Below are positions 26,799 to 32,059 of a DNA stretch of 32,059 nt, piece by piece. Made by a program: the position numbers and the translations under genes. Under the pieces are notes generated by a model. The model had not been told where the DNA came from, did not search any database, and saw only the letters and a list, made by a program, of their open reading frames with translations. This stretch comes from an uncultured Candidatus Saccharibacteria bacterium. Its GTDB lineage: Bacteria > Patescibacteriota > Minisyncoccia > Phycocordibacterales > JACOZG01. Every line of letters starts with the position of its first letter. The first letter of the stretch is position 1. The stretch covers positions 1 to 32,059 of the forward strand of contig CAZMMP010000003.1 of the NCBI GenBank assembly GCA_964567425.1. The letters are read 5' to 3'.

Positions 26799-29700
26799 AT
26801 GAAGCATTGGGTCGTTGGAATCGGGTGGACGGTAGGCGCCCTCTTTCTCCTGTGGGGAGCAACCGTTCCCTTGCAGGCAGACGCTGCTGTTTGTACTTCT
26901 CAAGGTACGGGTAACTGGAATACTAGTGGCACCTGGGATTGCGGCCATGTCCCGACCTCGAGTGACTCCGTAGTGGTTGCTAATACGCATACAGTAACCG
27001 TGGACGTTAATACGGCCACGGTTACTGCTATTACCATCAATAGCGGCGGCACCTTAACCGAAGACGGCAACGGCCGGACCATCACTGAATCGGGCGGCTG
27101 GACCAATAACGGTACCTTTACGGCCAATCAAAGTACGGTTAAGTTTGCGGGCAACCAAACCTTTACCGGCAGCACCACCTTTAAGAACCTTACTATTGAT
27201 ACCAACTCAAACTCCGGGCTTTCGGTGACCATGACCGGCTACACCGCTACCACGACTGGGACGTTTACTTTCAATAACTCCTTAAGTGGTGCTATGCGTT
27301 TGATCGGAGGTACGGTGGCCGCGCAGGGGAATATTGTCTGGGACGCAGCTGATTCTCCGACTAACATGACGGGCACCTTGCTGGTCAGTGGTTCGGGAAG
27401 CCAGACCCTCACTACCAGCAATGCCACGCGCACGACCGGTAACTTGATGCCCTTGGTGGTAAATAAAACCGGCACGCTTACTCTCTCTGGAGATGTCCGA
27501 TCGGAATATGATTGGACGCTCACCGCCGGTTCGATTGATGCTACTACCAATACGACTACGGTAGTGTTGGGGAGCACTGGCAATCTCACTGTTACCGGTT
27601 CTCAAACTTTTTATAACTTAACGCTTGACCCTAACTCAACCGGGACTCGGGGTTATACTATCGCTAGTGGTTCGACTCTTACGGTTAGTCACAATTTTAT
27701 TCTCCAAAGCAGTTCAGTGGGGGCAGGAATAACAGGTATCGCCACTGGCAATCTGGTTTTGCAAGGCGACATTACCTGGGATAATGATGACACTAATGGA
27801 GGCACTCAATCAGCCGTCGTCACAATCTCCGGCTCTAATAGTCAGGCGCTAACGTTTGTCGGAGGGAATGTAACTACCGGCCGCTTTGCTTCGACAACGA
27901 TTAATAAAACCGGAGGCACGTTAACGGTTTCGGGTATTGCCCGGATGAATTCTCACTTCGCTCACCTGGCGGGTACGGTCGACTGGACTACTGGTAGCAG
28001 TACCTTGGTTTTTTCAGCGAGCACCGCGATTACTGTTAATCCGGCGGCCAGTACCACCTACAATAATGTCCGATTCGATCAAAATAGCGCTTCCTCGCAA
28101 GTGGTGACGATGCCCTCCGGCACCACCATGAAAATAGCGGGCACTTTAACGATTGATAATACTTCCAGCGGCGCGATTCGGATGGATGGTGGTACGCTCG
28201 AAGCGCAGGGAGATATCGCAGTGGATACCGCTAATCTTTTTAGTACTTTTACGGAGAATTTGTTAATTGATGGTTCGGCAACGCAAGCTCTAACAGTCAC
28301 GGGCGGTTCGACCACTGCCGGCAATTTTGCTTCCACTACCATTAATAAAACCGGCGGTACTTTGACCGTCTCCGGCACGCTCCGGACGACGCGAAACTTT
28401 ACCGTTACTGCCGGCACTGTTGACTGGACAACCAACAGCACCACCCTTTCCTTAGCGGGGACTCTTAACTTTAATCCGGCGGCGGGTAATACCTATAGCA
28501 ACGTATATGTTGATACCACTGGTGCGGTTACCCTTCAAAATAATTTAGCGCTCGCGGGTAATTGGACGAATAATGGTAGCTTTACTTCTGGCTCCAATAC
28601 GGTGACTTTCACTGGCACGGGCACTAGCACGGTGATTACGGGAGGGACGAGCGCCACCAAAGATTTTCAAACCTTTACTGTTAACAAATCAGGGAGCGGG
28701 ACCGTCGTCCTCTCCGCTAACGGTCTAGATGTTGACGGCACTCTCACTGTTTCAGGCGGCACGCTTGATCTAAATGGGCAAAGTGTCACGACCACCACGA
28801 CTTGTTCGGTCACCGGAACTCTAAAATTGACAGCCGGCGAGTCAGTCTCATGTACCCCCACCTTCAATGCCGGTTCTACCGCCGAATATTACGCAACAAC
28901 CACTGTTTCCCGAGCGATTAATAATTGGACTTACAAAAATCTTAAGTTTTCCGGAGTTTCGGGCGGCACTTTTACTGATGGTACCTCCCGCACAGTCGCG
29001 GAGACTCTCGTCGTAACTGCCGGGACGTTCCAGCCTACCGCCACTCTCGCAGTTACTGCCACGACCACGGTCTCCGGAGGAAGCTTGTCAGCTGGTTCCG
29101 CCACCCTTGATCTAAATTCCGATGTTGTAATTTCGGGCGGAGTCTTTACCGCTCCTTCTGGTACAGCAACGGTAGCGGGTAACTGGACTAACTCTAGTGG
29201 AACGTTTACTCACAATTCGGGCACTGTTACGTTTGATGGAACCAATCAAATTATTAGTGGCAACAACTCCTGGAATAACTTAACCAAGTCGGTGACAACT
29301 GCCCGCTCGTTGACGTTTGATCACACGGCCACTCAAACCGTTGCCGGTCTCTTAACATTGAGTGGCACGTTAGGCAATCTTCTTACTCTCCAATCTGATA
29401 CTGCTGGGCAGTATTGGGGGTTAACCGCCAATGGCACCTTTGCTATTACGTACGTTACCGTGTCAGATTCGAATGCCTCTGGAGGGAGTCAAGTCACCCA
29501 AACCAATAGTACTGACGGCGGGCACAATCTTAACTGGACTTTCAACCAAACTCCCACCGTCTCCTCGCTCGGCCCTACCCAGTACGTCAACGGCAGCTAC
29601 ACCACCGACAATACTCCGACGCTCGCGTTTACCACCGCGGATGGCGATGGCGACACGCTGGCATACCAGCTCCAGATCGACAACAACTCTAACTTTGGCT

Positions 29701-32059
29701 CGCCCGAAGTGGACACCACCTCGAGCTATCATTTCGGCACGACGGAAAGTTACACTCCCTCCACGCTCTCCGACGGTTCCTACTACTGGCGGGTGAGAGT
29801 GGGCGATGGTACCGCCACCTCCAGTTACAGCACTGCTAATGCCGGAGCTGTGGCGTTTATTGTCGACACCGCTGTTCCTACCGCGGGTAGCATTACCTTT
29901 ACTAGCCTAGCGGCGACTAGTCTTACAGCAAGCTCTACCGGTGCCAGCGACGCGGGGGGTTTGGCCGCAGCACCGTTCCTTTACTACAATCAGACTCGGG
30001 GCACTTACTCGGGTGCGACCAGTACCGCCTGGACCGAAACCGGTCTTACACCAAACACGAGCTATACCTACGTGGTAGGGGTGACCGATGGCGCTGGCAA
30101 CTCGGCTACCAGCACTACCTATAGCACTACCACGCTGGCTAATATTCCCTCCAGCGCTAGCGCTACTCCCAATTCGCGCACTGCTATTACGGTGAGCTGG
30201 GGTGCCAACTCCAACCCGGGCAGTACCGAGTATTTTGTCACCGATACCGACACTAGCCAGACTTCTGGCTGGCAGACCGCCACCAGCTGGCAAGAGACTG
30301 GACTTTCGGCGGGGACCACCTACCATTACACCGTCAAGGCGCGCAACTCTGCCGGAGCGATGACCGCCACGGCGAGCTCTTCCGGTACCACTCCCGCCAA
30401 CTCCACCCCCACCGTCTCCTCGCTCGGCCCTACCCAGTACGTCAACGGCAGCTACACCACCGACAATACTCCGACGCTCGCGTTTACCACCGCGGATGGC
30501 GATGGCGACACGCTGGCATACCAGCTCCAGATCGACAACAACTCTAACTTTGGCTCGCCCGAAGTGGACACCACCTCGAGCTATCATTTCGGCACGACGG
30601 AAAGTTACACTCCCTCCACGCTCTCCGACGGTTCCTACTACTGGCGGGTGAGAGTGGGCGATGGTACCGCCACCTCCAGTTACAGCACTGCTAATGCCGG
30701 AGCTGTGGCGTTTATTGTCGATGCGACTGACCCTTCGGTCTCGCTCACGGCACCGACGAACGGGAGCTATGCTAGCGGTACGGTGGCGCTTGCTGCCACG
30801 GCGAGCGATACCATCTCTTTAGTTGGCGTTCAGTTTGTGCGTGATACGAACACTCTGATTGGCAGCGAGGATACTTCCAGCCCATTTACCGGCAGTTGGG
30901 ATACCACCGCGGTTGCTGATGGGTCTCATACGCTTCAGGCGGTGGCGCGAGATGCTGCCGGTCATTATGCTACTTCCAGTATTACCGTCACCGTCGACAA
31001 CACCGCCCCCACTCTTTCGGGTGAATCGCCGACTGGTACTCAACCGGCCGGCACCACCCAAGTCTCATTAGCAGTTACCACCAACGAGGCGGCTACTTGT
31101 AAGTACGCGACCTCATCTGGCGTTGCCTATGCTTCAATGACGGCCTTTGGCACCACTGGTAGTACCAGTCATAGTCAAACAATTACCGGTCTTTCTAATG
31201 CGCAGAGCTATAACTACTATGTAAAATGTCGCGATGGAGCCGGCAACACGAGCATTGAAGATCATATTGCCTTTGATGTAGCAGAAGGGGGAGCGCCTGC
31301 AGTTTCCTTAACTGCGCCGACGAATGGTACCACGGTGACCGGTGCAAGCGTGACGCTCTCGGCTACGGCGAGCGATGATGGGACAGTGATGGGTGTCCAA
31401 TTTAAGCGTGATGGCACAACAAATATTGGTGCCGAAGATACAAACGCGCCCTATAGCGTCAGCTGGGATTCGACGGGAGTAAGTGATGGTTCCCATACGC
31501 TCCAGGCGGTGGCGCGAGATAATGATGGCAAGTATGCCACTTCGACGATTACCGTCACGGTTGATAATACGGCCCCGATCATTTCCTCGATTGCCACGAG
31601 CTCGGTGACTGGCACCAGCATTGTCATTAGTTGGAATACGAACGAAGCGGCCACCTCGCAAGTAGAATATGGTCTTACAGCTAGTTATGGTTCGGCTTCC
31701 ACTCTCGACTCTTCATTGGTCTCGAGCCATACTGTAACCTTAAGCGGCCTGACTCCGTACACGGCCTATCATTATCGGGTTGCTTCTACTGATGGCGTGG
31801 GTAATCATGCCAGCTCGAGTGACCAAACCTTTACCACACTCGACAGCACAGCACCCACACCCGGTTCCATCATCTTTAGCGGAGTAAGCACTACTGGCAT
31901 TACGGCCAGCTCAACCGGCGCGAGCGATGCCCAATCAGGACTCGCTCCTGCTCCGTTCAATTACCACAACATCACTCGCGATACTTCCTCGGGAGCTACT
32001 GCGACAAACTGGAGCGAAACCGGTCTAACGCCAAATACGAGTTACAGTTATGAAGTCGG
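26799..32059 (+). CDS. giant secreted beta-helical adhesin-like protein (5-prime partial view, more than 1753 codons, runs off the window)
   Basis: Not in the supplied ORF track because it has no stop in the window. I translated the frame codon by codon from ATG 26799 to 32057 and found no stop. Signal peptide is MKHWVVGIGWTVGALFLLWGATVPLQADA. A T/G/N/S-rich parallel beta-helix-like region extends to about 29550, followed by FN3 and Ig-like modules. Confidence 0.9.
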   Translation, partial: MKHWVVGIGWTVGALFLLWGATVPLQADAAVCTSQGTGNWNTSGTWDCGHVPTSSDSVVVANTHTVTVDVNTATVTAITINSGGTLTEDGNGRTITESGGWTNNGTFTANQSTVKFAGNQTFTGSTTFKNLTIDTNSNSGLSVTMTGYTATTTGTFTFNNSLSGAMRLIGGTVAAQGNIVWDAADSPTNMTGTLLVSGSGSQTLTTSNATRTTGNLMPLVVNKTGTLTLSGDVRSEYDWTLTAGSIDATTNTTTVVLGSTGNLTVTGSQTFYNLTLDPNSTGTRGYTIASGSTLTVSHNFILQSSSVGAGITGIATGNLVLQGDITWDNDDTNGGTQSAVVTISGSNSQALTFVGGNVTTGRFASTTINKTGGTLTVSGIARMNSHFAHLAGTVDWTTGSSTLVFSASTAITVNPAASTTYNNVRFDQNSASSQVVTMPSGTTMKIAGTLTIDNTSSGAIRMDGGTLEAQGDIAVDTANLFSTFTENLLIDGSATQALTVTGGSTTAGNFASTTINKTGGTLTVSGTLRTTRNFTVTAGTVDWTTNSTTLSLAGTLNFNPAAGNTYSNVYVDTTGAVTLQNNLALAGNWTNNGSFTSGSNTVTFTGTGTSTVITGGTSATKDFQTFTVNKSGSGTVVLSANGLDVDGTLTVSGGTLDLNGQSVTTTTTCSVTGTLKLTAGESVSCTPTFNAGSTAEYYATTTVSRAINNWTYKNLKFSGVSGGTFTDGTSRTVAETLVVTAGTFQPTATLAVTATTTVSGGSLSAGSATLDLNSDVVISGGVFTAPSGTATVAGNWTNSSGTFTHNSGTVTFDGTNQIISGNNSWNNLTKSVTTARSLTFDHTATQTVAGLLTLSGTLGNLLTLQSDTAGQYWGLTANGTFAITYVTVSDSNASGGSQVTQTNSTDGGHNLNWTFNQTPTVSSLGPTQYVNGSYTTDNTPTLAFTTADGDGDTLAYQLQIDNNSNFGSPEVDTTSSYHFGTTESYTPSTLSDGSYYWRVRVGDGTATSSYSTANAGAVAFIVDTAVPTAGSITFTSLAATSLTASSTGASDAGGLAAAPFLYYNQTRGTYSGATSTAWTETGLTPNTSYTYVVGVTDGAGNSATSTTYSTTTLANIPSSASATPNSRTAITVSWGANSNPGSTEYFVTDTDTSQTSGWQTATSWQETGLSAGTTYHYTVKARNSAGAMTATASSSGTTPANSTPTVSSLGPTQYVNGSYTTDNTPTLAFTTADGDGDTLAYQLQIDNNSNFGSPEVDTTSSYHFGTTESYTPSTLSDGSYYWRVRVGDGTATSSYSTANAGAVAFIVDATDPSVSLTAPTNGSYASGTVALAATASDTISLVGVQFVRDTNTLIGSEDTSSPFTGSWDTTAVADGSHTLQAVARDAAGHYATSSITVTVDNTAPTLSGESPTGTQPAGTTQVSLAVTTNEAATCKYATSSGVAYASMTAFGTTGSTSHSQTITGLSNAQSYNYYVKCRDGAGNTSIEDHIAFDVAEGGAPAVSLTAPTNGTTVTGASVTLSATASDDGTVMGVQFKRDGTTNIGAEDTNAPYSVSWDSTGVSDGSHTLQAVARDNDGKYATSTITVTVDNTAPIISSIATSSVTGTSIVISWNTNEAATSQVEYGLTASYGSASTLDSSLVSSHTVTLSGLTPYTAYHYRVASTDGVGNHASSSDQTFTTLDSTAPTPGSIIFSGVSTTGITASSTGASDAQSGLAPAPFNYHNITRDTSSGATATNWSETGLTPNTSYSYEV
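29553..29866 (+). repeat. perfect 314-bp direct repeat, copy 1 (encodes a ~105-aa YYWRVR-type Ig/FN3-like module)
   Basis: By eye it is nucleotide-for-nucleotide identical to 30408-30721. As corroboration, the antisense ORFs 29463..29732 and 29907..30587 share an identical first 60 aa. Confidence 0.9.
30408..30721 (+). repeat. perfect 314-bp direct repeat, copy 2
   Basis: The offset from copy 1 is 855 nt (285 codons), so both copies are in the same reading frame. Confidence 0.9.

Noticed and set aside
29431-29796. Plus-strand 121-aa ORF (and 30859..31071) inside the giant gene.
   Set aside because: They are out of frame relative to the open frame that carries recognisable FN3 and Ig modules, and their translations are P/R/T-rich nonsense.
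29553-30721. Whether the 314-bp repeats are a DGR template/variable-region pair or a CRISPR-like array.
   Set aside because: The copies are identical rather than differing at adenines, no reverse transcriptase is nearby, and there are only two long coding copies with an 855-bp coding spacer.
26742-31661. Many minus-strand ORFs of 60-226 aa in the track, for example 27239..27589, 28079..28444, 29907..30587 and 31308..31661.
   Set aside because: They lie antisense to a continuous, domain-rich plus-strand ORF. Their translations are low-complexity (R/G/V-rich), and two of them begin identically only because they cross the 314-bp repeat. They are shadow ORFs.

Overview
This is a 32-kb, almost entirely plus-strand, gene-dense bacterial fragment. 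By inference only, the compact housekeeping genes, scarce Shine-Dalgarno sites and very large surface proteins suggest a Patescibacteria/CPR-like genome. The first half carries housekeeping and cell-wall genes: an S11 D-Ala-D-Ala carboxypeptidase, tRNA-Ala(GGC), ychF, leuS, a sigma-region-4/HARE-HTH protein, mltG, a DEDDh exonuclease, murD, murC and a DUF4015-type glycoside hydrolase. These are interrupted by (i) a 1.24-kb AT-richer cassette (NYN RNase-like gene plus an unknown gene) inserted at the ychF stop codon and bounded by a duplicated ychF 3-prime end, and (ii) a terminator-flanked gene for a secreted lectin-like protein with a PEP-CTERM tail. The second half (about 16.7 kb to the window end) is a run of secreted or wall-anchored multidomain proteins. 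They combine peptidoglycan-binding domains, a beta-helix, LamG, FN3 and Ig-like modules, and two different esterase folds (SASA and SGNH). The run ends in a giant ORF (26799 to beyond 32059, more than 1753 codons) that is absent from the supplied ORF track because it has no stop in the window. That ORF contains a perfect 314-bp in-frame direct repeat spaced 855 bp apart. Many transcription-unit-initial genes have a TGnTAnnnT extended -10 element only 6-10 nt upstream of the ATG and no SD, which suggests widespread leaderless expression. No CRISPR array, rRNA, transposase or integrase was seen.
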